Assembly (NCBI RefSeq): GCF_006345805.1
Contig: NC_043000.1
Coordinates: 7,006,001-7,070,000 of the forward strand
Origin: Octopus sinensis
Taxonomy: Eukaryota
Length of the DNA stretch: 64,000 nt
Reading direction: 5' to 3'
The position numbers were made by a program, and so were the translations under genes. The notes beneath the pieces are model-generated. The model was not told where the DNA came from and did no database searches. It was given only the letters and a program-made list of their open reading frames with translations. This document shows, in pieces, positions 1-11,784 of the stretch; the stretch's first letter is position 1; each line of letters begins with the position of its first letter.

Positions 1-57
1 CATTGTGACCCCACAAAATATAATAATAATCATAATAAAAATAAAAATAGCATTGTT

Positions 58-175
58 TAACTTGATATGAAGTTACTATGTCATGCATATATGGTTGTGA
101 TGCATGTGCCCTGTATACACTTATCAGACAGGTAGTCATGATGGGAATATTAGGCTTCGTGTATTTTTGTTGTGT
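58..175 (+). repeat. Fragment of the same repeat family as 10925-11470
   Basis: CTTGATATGAAG...CAGACAGGTAGTCATGATGGG matches the reverse complement of about 10975-11070. Confidence 0.55.
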
Positions 176-245
176 CTTGGGAGGAGTCATCATGCCAATA
201 AAATTAACACTCACACAGGTTCAATTCTGATCCTTTACTGTGCAA

Positions 246-416
246 GTTAAACAATCAATCAGTTGTTTGTTAGTCAACGTTCTTTTGTCACTGTTTGCAA
301 CCTTTTCAGTGTCACAAATGCAGAGCAGACCTTAGAGCAAGAAGGGGAGTCACTGAAAAAGTCATGAACAAGGACAAAAGAATTTTGACTAAAAAACAGT
401 TGATTGATTGTTTAAC
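246..416. repeat. Imperfect inverted repeat (about 66-bp arms, 39-bp spacer)
   Basis: GTTAAACAATCAATCA...TTTTCAGTG (246-311) is the reverse complement of CACTGAAAAA...TGATTGATTGTTTAAC (351-416). Confidence 0.8.
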
Positions 417-1104
417 CTACACATTAAACAAAAAAATGAGTTGTTAGTTGGTTAGATATTTAGCCAATTGACTAAAAATTTTAAAAAAATGGAAATAAAC
501 CTGTGCATGGTGTTGATAATATTGGTAGAATGACTCTTCCCAGACATGACAAAATTTGTTTCAACAAATGAATTAACATCAAGAATCTTGCAAACCAGAG
601 ACAAAAATGAAATAGAATAAGCTGAAGCCAAGCTAGCAAGACACTGAAACACAATGTGTTCTGCTGTCTAATTGAACCAGTGTGTGTGTTAATAATATTG
701 GCATAATGACTTGCCCAAGACACATGAATTCACATCAAGAATCATGCAAACCAAATACAAAAATGAAATATTTTATTTTTATTTCATCAAAAAATCTTTT
801 TTGTTTTCAAACTTATCATTTTCATCATTTAAAAAATCAAAATGTCCACATTACAAAATTTCTCATTTTTTCTCTCTTAAATTTTTACAAAGTATTGCCA
901 TGATATCTAGAAAATGTTCATGGAATCAACATTTAGATGTACAATTCTTCGATGCACAGGTAACTCTTCCTACTATAGGCACAGGGCTGGTAATTTTCAG
1001 GGAAGGGGGCTAGTTAAGTACATCAATCCCAGGGCTCAGCTGGTAAAAGGATGAAAGGCAAAGTCAACCTCGATGGAATTTAAAATCAGGATGTAAAGCC
1101 AGAA

Positions 1105-1441
1105 AGTGCATGGCTCAGTGGTTAGAGTGTCAGGCTCACAATCATGAGGTAGTGAGTTCAATTCCTGGACCGGGCAATGCTGTGCTCTTGAGCAAGACAC
1201 TCTATTTTACATTGCTCCAATTCACTCAGCTGTAGAAATGAATTGCAATGTCACTGGTGCCAAGCTGTATCAGCCTTTGCCTTTCCCTTGGATAACATCA
1301 GTGACATGGAGAGGGGAGGCTGCTATGCATGGGCAACTGCTGCTCTCTAACAAACATCCTTGCCTGGACTTGTGCCTTGAAAGGTAACTTTCTAAGTGCA
1401 ATCCCATGGTCATTCATGATCGAAGGGATTCTTTACCCTTT
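1105..1441 (+). mobile_element. tRNA-derived SINE (family C) nested in an older SINE
   Basis: A-box-like TGGCTCAGTGG and B-box-like GAGTTCAATTCC. Flanked by the 11-bp direct repeat TAAAGCCAGAA (1094-1104 and 1442-1452). Related copies at about 35420-35670 (-) and 56441-56777 (-). Confidence 0.8.
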
Positions 1442-1955
1442 TAAAGCCAGAAGAAATGTTGCTGGGCATTTTTGTCCAGTATACCAATGATTCTACCAGC
1501 TTACTGCTTTTTTGTTTCTTCTGTAGGCACAAGGCCTGAAATTTGGAGGGAAGTACCAGCTGATTACCTTGACCCCAGTATTTGACTGGTAATCATTTTA
1601 TCAATCCCAAGAGTCAACCTCAATGAACTCAGAATGTAAAGCTAGAAGAAATGCCATTAAGCAGTTTTGTCTTGCCAGTTTGCCACATTTTTCTTTGATG
1701 CATTGATAACAGCATAAACACAATAATGAAGTGATCCTGGACAAACTACATATAAAAAAAAATGATACCAGGAGAATAACTGGGAATTCAATTCAAATTT
1801 TCTTCCTCACCTAACCCCTCACTATCCACCATCACCCCTTAAAAAGCATGAAGTGAAAATTCTAATTACTAAAACTGAGATATTTTTATGAATTGAAATG
1901 GCAGTTAATTAAGGTATCCAAAAGATTTTGAAAACTAACTGAATATTGAACTTAA

Positions 1956-2172
1956 CCCTTTTGATACCAACTCACATGAGACCACCTCTGGTTCTATAAT
2001 AAAAACTTTCAGTTTTAAAGTGGTTGAAATTAAAAGAATGTTAAAATTTCAGGTTAATTTATATTCCAAACACCAGCTTAATAATAAAGTTATTTTACTA
2101 AAGTCTTCATTATTTTCAAGATTAATTAAAACTAAAGTAGTATATCTCAACAGGAATATGGTAACGAAAGGT
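1956..2172. mobile_element. piggyBac-like TTAA MITE
   Basis: TTAA|CCCTTTTGATACC ... GGTAACGAAAGGT|TTAA. A truncated inverted copy starts near 5892. Confidence 0.7.
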
Positions 2173-2370
2173 TTAAATGGAATACATTTCCAAAAAAACT
2201 GATTTTCAATTTTGTATTGATAATAACTATTTTTTTAAATCAAATTTAAAATTATGAATTCCTATTATCAATTTTAAATTTAAGGTAATTAGAAATACAA
2301 CAATGAATAATAAAATATATTTGAGAACTTTGAAAATCATGAGGAACACATTCTGAGAGAGGGTATTTAA

Positions 2371-2587
2371 CTCTTTTACTGCAGAAAGCAAAAATATCCA
2401 TTCAAAATTTCACAACCCTTAACTGTTGGAAGCAGTTTTATAATATACAAACCTATCTTTTGTTGAGGAATGTCATGTTTGAAATCATTTCCTATGGAAA
2501 TAAAGTTGCTGAAAATACCAATTCTATGTTTAGATATTTAGCATCAATGGTGGAATAACCATGAAATTTGATTTTGCAGTGAAAGGG
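2371..2587. mobile_element. piggyBac-like TTAA MITE (different internal sequence)
   Basis: TTAA|CTCTTTTACTGCA ... TGCAGTGAAAGGG|TTAA. Confidence 0.7.
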
Positions 2588-3038
2588 TTAATAAAACAGA
2601 GATGATTGTGAGCTCAGAAAATGGACATCTTTGATTTAGTCAGGAAACCAATGTTTTTTCTTTCTTTTTTCCTTTTCTTAATTGAGAGGATATTCTAGGT
2701 GCAGGGTTGGATGTGTGGTTAAGAAATTCACTTTGCAACCATGTAGTTTTGGGTTCAATACCATTGCACTTTGGGCAAGTGCCTTCTACTATAGATCCAC
2801 GTTGACCAATGCCTTATGAGTGAATTTGGTATGGAAACTGTGGAAGCCCTTCCCATGTGTGTGTGTGTGCATTGTGTGTGTATGTCTTAGTGTTTGTCCT
2901 TCCCCCACCATAAACCCAAGACCACATGGTCTGGAAGCAAGCCCCTTAATCATATATCAATGCTTGCGCCTAAATTATCTCACATAATATTTTTAAACAT
3001 GTTTCTCAACGTTTCTTAAATCTAATCAACCAATGTAT

Positions 3039-3238
3039 TTAGTTACCAGCTGATCGCAGTTTCTTTGCTTTCTCCATAAAAGAGACAACTCTGTGAATAT
3101 CTAAATCATTTTTCCAGTGTCCGACATCTTTGAAATGGGATCCAACGATTATAGCATTTGCTTCAACAAAATCCGCTAAGTTTTCACATGTGACGCCAGA
3201 ACCAACAAGAACTGGTATATTCACAGCTTTCTTCACAG
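3039..3238 (-). CDS. Last coding exon of a BtpA/SgcQ-family (membrane complex biogenesis protein, TIM-barrel) gene
   Basis: Translates (A)VKKAVNIPVLVGSGVTCENLADFVEANAIIVGSHFKDVGHWKNDLDIHRVVSFMEKAKKLRSAGN*. The PVLVGSG and IVGS motifs fit the BtpA family C-terminus. Acceptor is TTTCTGTCTTTAG (3239-3240 = AG), phase 1, stop TAA at 3041-3039. Confidence 0.9.
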
Positions 3239-3652
3239 CTAAAGACAGAAAGCAAAAAAGAGAGTCAAGACTATTGAAAAGGTTGCAAGACACAATGAAA
3301 ATTTTAGGAAAATAAAAATAAGAAATAAGTGGAAATTTAACCAGTGAGTGTGTCAAATTATAAGGCACAAAAAAGAAAATGACTCTCCCCAGACACAACA
3401 AAAAAGGAACATTGAAAATGTAAAGGAGTAAATCTACATGTATGCACATGTGTACATGCACACACACACACACACACACTCACAAACATATACACACTCA
3501 TCATCATCATCATCATTGTCATTGTCGTCGTAATCATCATTTCCATCATCATAGTTATTGTCATCATCATCATTTAATGTGCAGTTTTCCATGCTTGCAC
3601 AGGTCAGATGGAATTTGATGAGGCAGATTATTCTAGGGCCAGATACTCTTTC

Positions 3653-3884
3653 TTATTTCTTTACTGCCCACAAGGGGCTAAATATAGAGGGGACAAACAA
3701 GGACAGACAAATGGATTAAGTCGATTATATTGACCCCAGTACGTAACTGGTACTTAATTTATCGACTCCGAAAGGATGAAAGGAAAAGTCGATCTCGGCA
3801 GAATTTGAACTCAGAACGTAACGGCAAACGAAATACCGCTAAGCATTTCGCTCGGCGTGCTAACATTTCTGCAACTCGCCGCCT
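3653..3884 (-). mobile_element. tRNA-derived SINE (family B)
   Basis: Minus-strand head GGCGGCGAGTTGCAGAAATGTTAGCACG and B-box GAGTTCAAATTC. Near-identical copies at 14622-14852, 17866-18085, about 32995-33240 and 57469-57701. Confidence 0.8.
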
Positions 3885-4029
3885 TTTCTGATGACAGAAA
3901 GAGCATCTAGCTCTTTCTGTCATCAACATTTACCTGCTTCCCACATGACCAGACATGTTTTTCTTGGAAGACTGGAATTGGACCACATTGCTTGAGATGA
4001 AGTGCTGAAGAACTACTTCAGGATATTGA

Positions 4030-4420
4030 ACCTTTCAGGCGAGATGACAACGGACTGAGATGCTTGGTGCCTTGCTGTACTCAAGAAGACCCGTACTCCA
4101 AAGCAAAAGTGTTAAGACTGGTTGCCCCAATGGTGAGAATTAACCTGAAAGAGTCCTCTGCCAGTACCACATAAAAAGCACTCATGACAGTGTTATGTAA
4201 AAGCACACATGTGATGCCACGTAAAAGTGCCCGTGTGGTGCCACGTAAAAGCACCCAGCACACTCTGTAGAGTGGTTGGCATTAGAAAGGGCATCCAGCT
4301 GTGGAGACCATGCCAGATCAGACTGGAGTCTGGTACAGCCTCCCAGTTTGCCAGGTCTGGTCAAACTGTCTAAACCATGCCAGCATGGACAACGGATGTT
4401 AAATGATGAGGATGATGATT
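4030..4420 (+). mobile_element. RTE LINE 3' end (last codons plus 3' UTR plus (GAT)n tail)
   Basis: GAGATGACAACGGACTGAGATGCTTGG...AAGAAGACCCG resembles the RTE ORF end. The 3' UTR matches 41380-41525 and ends in a GAT tail. A second 3' end follows at about 4540-4740. Confidence 0.75.
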
Positions 4421-5539
4421 GCCTGTATGACAGTGATGCTGACTTACAACCATTATAGGATATCAAGAAAGGCTACATACAAACACAGATTCATTTATAT
4501 GCCAAACAAAATCACAGTTGTGACAGATACCAGTGTCACACAAATGGTATCTGTGCCAGTGACACATAAAAGCACCCATTAAACTCTCGGAGCGATTGGC
4601 ATTAGAAAGGGCATCCAGCCATAGAAAACCATGCCAAATCAGACTGGAGCCTGTCGCAGCCTTCCAGCGTGCCACCCCAGTCAAACCGTGCAACCCATGT
4701 CAGCATGGACAACAGACATTAAATGATGATGATGATGATATGTGTGAAAGCAGGTGGCTTAGTGATTAGTGAACTGGGTTCATAATCGTAAGGTCGAGAG
4801 TTCAATTCCTGGCAGGGTGTTGTGTCCTTGAGCAAGACACTTTATTTTGCAGTGCCCCAGTTCACTCAGTTGTACCCTGTAGTTCAATAGGTCATCTTTG
4901 TCACATTTGGTGTGTCATACTGAATCCTCTTGAGAACTAAGTTAAGAGTACACATGTCTGTGGAGTGTTCAGCCACTTGCAGGTTAATTTCATGAGCAGG
5001 CTGTTCCACTGAGTGGATCAACTAGAACACTTGTCATAACTGATGGAGTACTCAGCTATATGGGGGGTCTGCACATGTGTGCATGTGGCTATGTATCAAA
5101 CACTTACCCAACATGTCACATGGTAAAACTGAACCTGAGATCATACAGTTTTAAATAATGTTTATTATGCAGCATTTTTATTGTGACAAAAGTAAGCAAT
5201 GTGAATGTGTAATAAGTGCAATCATTAACTAATGTATTATTTTAGGCAATTAGCTTTTGTGTGCACATTAGTTTCTTGTGTAAACAAACTCAGAAGGATT
5301 ATGACTTATAGGATAATATATTTTAAAATTAACAATAGAATTTAATATGCACATATATATGCACCCATGATTGTGCACATACAGACATATAAATGAGTGG
5401 GCAGAAAGTTTGTGCCATAAAAATTTCCTTCACAATTTTGATAGTAATTCTCAAAAATGTTTTATAAGAATTGTTACTTGTGATGTGACAGAGCTCTGTG
5501 GGTATAATCTAGCAAGCAAACAACCCCCTATCAAATTAA

Positions 5540-5760
5540 CCCTTTCGTTACCAACCCGGCTGAAACCGGCTCTAGCTCTGTAATACAAATGTTTTGTTTT
5601 CATAAGTTTTGAATTAAAATCTTCCACCAAACTTTAGTCACAATTTATGTTCCTAACACTAGCTGAATGATAACAAAGTTATTTTACTAATTTCTTTGTA
5701 ATATTTAAAGTAATTGAAAGAAACACAGAGTATCTCAAAATAAATACAGTATCGAAAGGG
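5540..5760. mobile_element. piggyBac-like TTAA MITE
   Basis: TTAA|CCCTTTCGTTAC ... GTATCGAAAGGG|TTAA. An inverted sister copy lies at 33381-33600. Confidence 0.8.
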
Positions 5761-6749
5761 TTAATACAACAGTCAATTCAAACCAAAGTGACAGCAGGTA
5801 TTTTTGATGATTTTAACATGTCATTTACAGTAATATTTTAATGCAGGTAAAGCTATAGCTAGCCAACACTGCTTGACAACAATAAACAATTTAACCCTTT
5901 CTTTATCACATATTTCTGTTGAAATATACTGCTTTTGTCTCAGTTGCTTTTGAAACTAATAAAGAATTTAGTAAAATAACTTTGTCGTTATTGAGCTGGC
6001 ATTTGGAACATAACACGAAATTCTGATGGAAAGTTTTGATTTAAATTACTTTAAAACATGAAGTAGAAGGGGGTGCTGAAAAGTTGCTGGCTTTAAGGGA
6101 ATTGCAAAAGGCCTGGTTAGAGACCCAAACTTTTGAGTTCTTTTACAGAGCTTAGAAAAATTGAAGGGGCACTGCAATAAGTAAGTGAATCTGAGAGGGG
6201 AATATGTTGTATAAAATCATAATTGTTGTAGGGAATTAGTAACAATGGTACACCCCCTCCCACGTGTCAAATGGAATAACCTGGTCACTATAAGAGAAAT
6301 ATATGAAGTACCAGAGTAGATAGTAGGCGGTCAGACGTAGTCATGTCTTAACTGGTTTTACTATGTATACTGTATAACAAAGTGGGCATAATAATAATCC
6401 AATATTTTAAGGTGAGGATTGAAACAACTCATGTGGAATTAATGAATCGATGAGGACAAACCAATTCATGTGGAGTTAATAGAAACATGAAGAGAAGTTA
6501 ATAAAATCACAAAGTTTTGTGCAAATTTTATGAAAAAAAATCATAAAAGTATGGAAAATTGATTGGCCAGTTTGCTCGAGTTGCAAAAAAAGCAACAACA
6601 ACAACTGAAAGATCAACAACAGCATTAGATACAACTGCAAGGGTAACAACAACAACAAACAATATAACAGCAATTACTGAAGTCATCAGGAAAGTCAGAA
6701 AAAGTGTTCTTAATCAGACTTCCACGGACTCTATAACAGTTCAAATATA

Positions 6750-7890
6750 TCATCATCATCATCATCATCATCATCATTTAGCGTCCGTTTTCCATGCTAG
6801 CATGGGTTGGACGGTTCAACTGGGGTCTGGGGAGCCCGAAGGCTGCACCAGGCCAGTCAGATCTGGCAGTGTTTCTACAGCTGGATGCCCTTCCTAACGC
6901 CAACCACTCCGAGAGTGTAGTGGGTGATTTTATGTGCCACCGACACAGGTGCCAGACGAGGCTGGCGAACGGCCACGCTCGGATGGTGTTTTTATGTGCC
7001 ACCGACACAGGTGCCAGACACGCTCGGATGGTGTTTTTATGTGCCACCGACACAGGTGCCAGATGAGGCTGGCAGGTGCCAGACGAGGCTGGCAGACGGC
7101 CACGCTCGGATGGTGTTTTTATGTGCCACCGACACAGGTGCCAGATGAGGCTGGCGGACGGCCACGATCGGATGGTGTTTGTTACGTCCCCAAAGCACGG
7201 AGGCCAGTCTATGCGGTACTGGCTACGGCCACGTTCGGATGATTTTCTTGTGTGCCACCGGCACTGGTACCACAAAGATACAAATTCCATTTATGTTCAT
7301 CTATTTTGATTTGTTTTGATTTGATTTGATTTTCACTTGCCTCAACAGGTCTTCACAAGTGTCACTTGCCTCAACAGGTCTTCACAAGTGTCACAAGAAG
7401 GAAGGTATGCACAGGTGGACTGTCTACGTCGCCGGGTCTTCGGATGGTGTCTTTATGTGCCACCGACACAGGTGCCAGATGTGGCTGGCGAACGGCCACG
7501 ATCGGATGGTTTTCTTGTGTGCCACCGGTACTGGAACCACAAAGATACAAATTCCATTGATGTTCATCTATTTTGATTTGGTTTGATTTTCACTTGCCTC
7601 AACAGGTCTTCACAAGTGTCACGCGTGTCACACACTTGCCTCAACAGGTCTCCACAAGTGTCACACACTTGCCTCTGCCTCAACAGGTCTTCACAAGTGT
7701 CACACACTTGCCTCTGCCTCAACAGGTCTTCACAAGTGTCATAAGAGGGAAGGTATGCACAGGTGGACTGACTACGTCGCCGGGTCTTTGGATGGTGTTT
7801 TTATGTGCCACCGACACAGGTGCCAGGTGAGGCTGGCGAACGGCCACGATCAGATGGTGTTTGTTGTGCCCACAGCACGGAGGCCAGTCG
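6750..7890 (-). mobile_element. RTE LINE 3' UTR copy with expanded and duplicated internal tandem repeats
   Basis: (CAT)n tail at about 6751-6776, then the reverse complement of the RTE 3' UTR. Contains multiple ATGTGCCACCGACACAGGTGCCAGA units and CACTTGCCTCAACAGGTCTTCACAAGTGT units. Confidence 0.85.
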
Positions 7891-7941
7891 AATACATACA
7901 TATATATATATATATGTATATATGTATACATACACATACAT

Positions 7942-8036
<95 letters not shown>

Positions 8037-8160
8037 ACATACACATACATATATATATACACACACATATATATATATATATACATACATACACACACAA
8101 ACACATATATGTATACACATACACACACACACATATATATATATATATAAATACACACAA

Positions 8161-8196
<36 letters not shown>
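7891..8196. repeat. Compound (TA)n/(CA)n/(GT)n microsatellite
   Basis: Directly visible. Source of the YIYI/HTHT pseudo-ORFs. Confidence 0.95.
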
Positions 8197-8197
<1 letters not shown>

Positions 8198-8504
8198 GAG
8201 GCGCGATGGCCCAGTGGTTAGGGCAGTGGACTTGCGGTCGTAGGATCGTGGTTTTGATTCCCGGACCAGGCGTTGTGAGTGTTTATTGAGCGAAAACACC
8301 AAAAGCTCCACGCGGCTCCGGCAGGGGATGGTGGCAATCCCTGCTGTACTCTTTTGCCACAACTTTCTCTCACTCTTTCTTCTGTTGGCTTGCTCGCTTA
8401 GCCAGCGGGGTGGCATCACTTGATGGCTAAAACAATGCGAAGCGCATTGTGACCAGCGATATGTAGCAGCATCTGATAGCCTGGTCGGTCACGTGATCAC
8501 GTGA
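8197..8504 (+). mobile_element. tRNA-derived SINE (family D)
   Basis: Head GGAGGCGCGATGGCCCAGTGGTTAGGGC (A box) and GGTTTTGATTCC (B-box-like). CpG-rich body. Ends GTCACGTGATCACGTGAT before (AT)n. Confidence 0.75.
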
Positions 8505-8794
8505 TATATATATATATATTCATATATGTATATAGGTGTGTGTGTGTGTTACTGTCTCCTTGCACCTTGACATTGTGTGATAGTTGTGAGTGTCACCACC
8601 ATGCAAATGGTCTTTCCAATTGCCTGACACTTGTGAGGTCATGGGGAAATATTACCTCACATAGAAACAGATGAGGGTTGGCAACAGGAAGGGCATCCAG
8701 CTATTGAAAATCTGCCTCAAGTAATTTCATCCAACCCATGTGAGCATGAAAAAGAGAAAATTAAATTATGTGGATGATGATGATGATGATGATA

Positions 8795-8837
<43 letters not shown>

Positions 8838-8954
8838 TGCATGTGTTCGCATACACACACTCACACCTCTAAAGAAATATGCAAATTTGCTGACCAATCT
8901 ATAACCAGCAATCATGAAACAGGTTTAAATGGAAATTACATATGTAGATAGGTA

Positions 8955-9012
<58 letters not shown>

Positions 9013-9118
9013 CACACACACACACACACATATATATATATCATCAGGAGTAAGCACATAAATGTGAAACAAGGTGGAAAAAAGAGTACACAAATACCAG
9101 AGGTAGAGTAATATGCTT

Positions 9119-9239
9119 TATTTAAAAGTAGCAGAAATATAACAAAAGCTGTTACTCAGAGTTTCACGTTCCCTGTCCGACAACAGGAATGTGAAACTCT
9201 GAGTAACAGCTTTTGTTATATTTCTGCTGCTTTTAAATA
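9119..9239. repeat. Near-perfect foldback hairpin (about 57-bp stem)
   Basis: TATTTAAAAGTAGCAGAAATATAACAAAAGCTGTTACTCAGAGTTTCACGTTCC pairs with GGAATGTGAAACTCTGAGTAACAGCTTTTGTTATATTTCTGCTGCTTTTAAATA. Confidence 0.95.
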
Positions 9240-9241
9240 GA

Positions 9242-9307
<66 letters not shown>

Positions 9308-9318
9308 TATATATATAG

Positions 9319-9389
<71 letters not shown>

Positions 9390-9506
9390 AGTATATATAT
9401 GTATGTACATTTTTGTTTATATTCATATTTATGCACACACACACACACATGTATTCTATATATGAGAGTAAAAAAAAAAGAGGGAGAGAGGGTAGAAGTT
9501 GGAAAG

Positions 9507-9537
<31 letters not shown>

Positions 9538-10785
9538 GTGTGTGTGTCGTATGAGTGAGGGAGCACATGTAACGAGAGACCCTATGAAACAAGAACCTCT
9601 ATAACAAAATGTACAGATATACATTACAAAAGCTTCATTAACCAATTACTTGTATTTGTACAACTGTAGATGTTTGGATATTTGTAAATAGATACATCAA
9701 AATTCTTACACAGTATATTATCTCACAGATGGTTCTCACACAGTAGAGAAAAGATTTGTGGTTTAATGCTATGACAACATATTCCAGTTTTAAATTCCAA
9801 AGGGATGTGAAATGACTTGAAAAAAAATATTCTATGGGGAAAAGTTGTTATCATCATTTATTTTATACACAGACAGTTCTCAAAAGAACTTCTTCAGGTA
9901 CTTCAGTATTAAAGACTGATATATCTAGTGGATGCAGAAGAGATATCAAATTTCAGTTCTTAAAAGTATTCTTGGTACCTTTTCTATAGGTTTAAAAAAA
10001 AAATTTTTTTTTGAAATTCAATTTCCTGAAAAGTATCTAAAAAGATTATGACTGAAAAATGTATCTATGTGCTAAAACACACACACAAAAAAAAAAAACC
10101 CAAAAAACTTGATGCTAATAAGTAAATAAATAAATATTTAAATGACTATTCTCTTCCCTCATTTTTATCATCCAAAACAATATTTCCCTAGCTTGCTTAG
10201 TCACTTTACTGTCTTTTCTAACAACCGCCCTGCCCACTTCACCCCCCCCACCCACCCCCACACACCCACCAATGATATTTCAGGACTTACTCATTCACTA
10301 TTTGTAACAATAGTGCATACTTTAGTTACAACTTTAAGGAGGGAATGCACTGATCTGAAACAGAAGTGTGTTGAGAAATTTGAGTAGGATTCTTGACTGT
10401 TTGAACAGTGAAACAAATAAATGTTCAGTGAATTATACATACATTTTTATTTAACAGCCTAGTTCAGGTAACTTTCTCACTTTGTGGCTATTTATTTTTT
10501 TTTTTTTTAAATCTGGTAAGCTCTCCACCCACACAAGCATGTGCACATGCTTAGAAGCCACACAGCAACTCAATAAAGTCTGAAAACATTTGATAGTTAT
10601 CATTCCAGCTTCAATGTTTGATCAAGCAAAACTTGATAGGGATTCACCACCCACAAATATAAATTTCTAACCTATTTTTTGGAGAAGGAAAAAGAAAAAT
10701 TTTAAAACAGGAATGTAATATGCCAGTTAACAAATTAAATATAAGCTGCATCCTGCTTTCTTTCTACATAGTTTGGATTACAAAT

Positions 10786-10808
10786 TATTGTTGCTGCTGT
10801 TGTTGTTG

Positions 10809-10885
<77 letters not shown>

Positions 10886-10924
10886 TATTATATTATATTA
10901 TTATTATTATTATTATTATTATTA
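10786..10924. repeat. (TTG)n/(TTA)n trinucleotide microsatellite
   Basis: Directly visible. Confidence 0.95.
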
Positions 10925-11470
10925 CTGAGTGAGAGAGCAGTGAATATTGTCAAAGTGACACTGGGGTAAAATATACAAAGCCCAGTATACCCATCATGAC
11001 TACCCATCTGATAGGAGTACATCAGGCACATGCATCACAACCATATGTGCACAACATGGTGACCTCATATCAAGATAAATAGTGCATGACCTTGCAGGTG
11101 GGGCCCAGTTAGAATTTTCTTCAGGGCAAGTAGCCCATCCTGCTCAAAAGGTCCCTGAATAAGGGTTGTTTGAGGATGTTGAACAAAACATCCATGTTTC
11201 CAGAGGTGAATTATTCAAACCCCAAAGAATCCCTCTCAACTCATGGCTATGATGCTCCCCCACTACTTCTGCTCGTGATCAGAGATGCACATATCGTCAG
11301 CCACCAAGGGACATGCTCAACTGGTTAAGGTCAAGCAACGGACAAGCAAATCTGTGGTATTGAGCAGAATATTTGCTGTAGCCCATCTTTTATACCAAGA
11401 CAAAACAATGTACATGATAACACTTCCAATCAGTTAAGAGAGAAGCCATGAAAACCATTGCCTGGTACTG
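10925..11470 (-). mobile_element. 3' end of a (TAA)n-tailed retroelement (possibly R4/Dong-like)
   Basis: Non-coding segment abutting a long (TAA)n tract on the minus strand, with a second fragment at 58-175. The clade assignment rests only on the TAA tail. Confidence 0.4.
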
Positions 11471-11784
11471 CATCAGGGCATTTATCATCATCATCATCAT
11501 CACCACCACCACCACCACCTATAACAATCCTATAGTATAAAGGATTATTGTTGTTGTTGTTATTAAGGCAACAAACTGGTAGAATCATTAGCATGCTGGA
11601 CAAAATACTATTTTGTCTATATTTATGTTCTGAGTTTAAATTTTGATGAGGTCAACTTTGCCCATCATCCTTCTGGGGTCAGTAAAACAAGCACTGGTCA
11701 AGTACTGGCATTAATATAATCGACTAGTCCCTCCACCAAGATTTCAGGCCTTATGCTGTTTGTAGATAGAATTATCTTCATTGC

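Noticed and set aside
3239-3479. N-terminal extension of ORF 3039-3479
   Set aside because: It lies upstream of the splice acceptor at 3239-3240 and starts in a (GT)n tract, so it is intronic read-through.
6930-7800. CRISPR-like array of repeated units
   Set aside because: The 'spacers' are themselves homologous, the array is the RTE 3' UTR found in many copies, the context is eukaryotic and there are no cas genes.
8197-8270. Functional tRNA genes (also 1108-1180, 24501-24574 and the SINE heads)
   Set aside because: A and B boxes are present, but I could not form a complete cloverleaf or acceptor stem, and each continues into a repeat body.
7719-8419. Long ORFs rich in YI/HT/CV (also 9118-9645, 57702-58342 and others)
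   Set aside because: They are translations of (TA)n/(CA)n microsatellites.
9174-9205. Hammerhead core in the right arm of the 9119-9239 hairpin
   Set aside because: GAAAC is present, but there is no CUGANGA and no convincing stem I.
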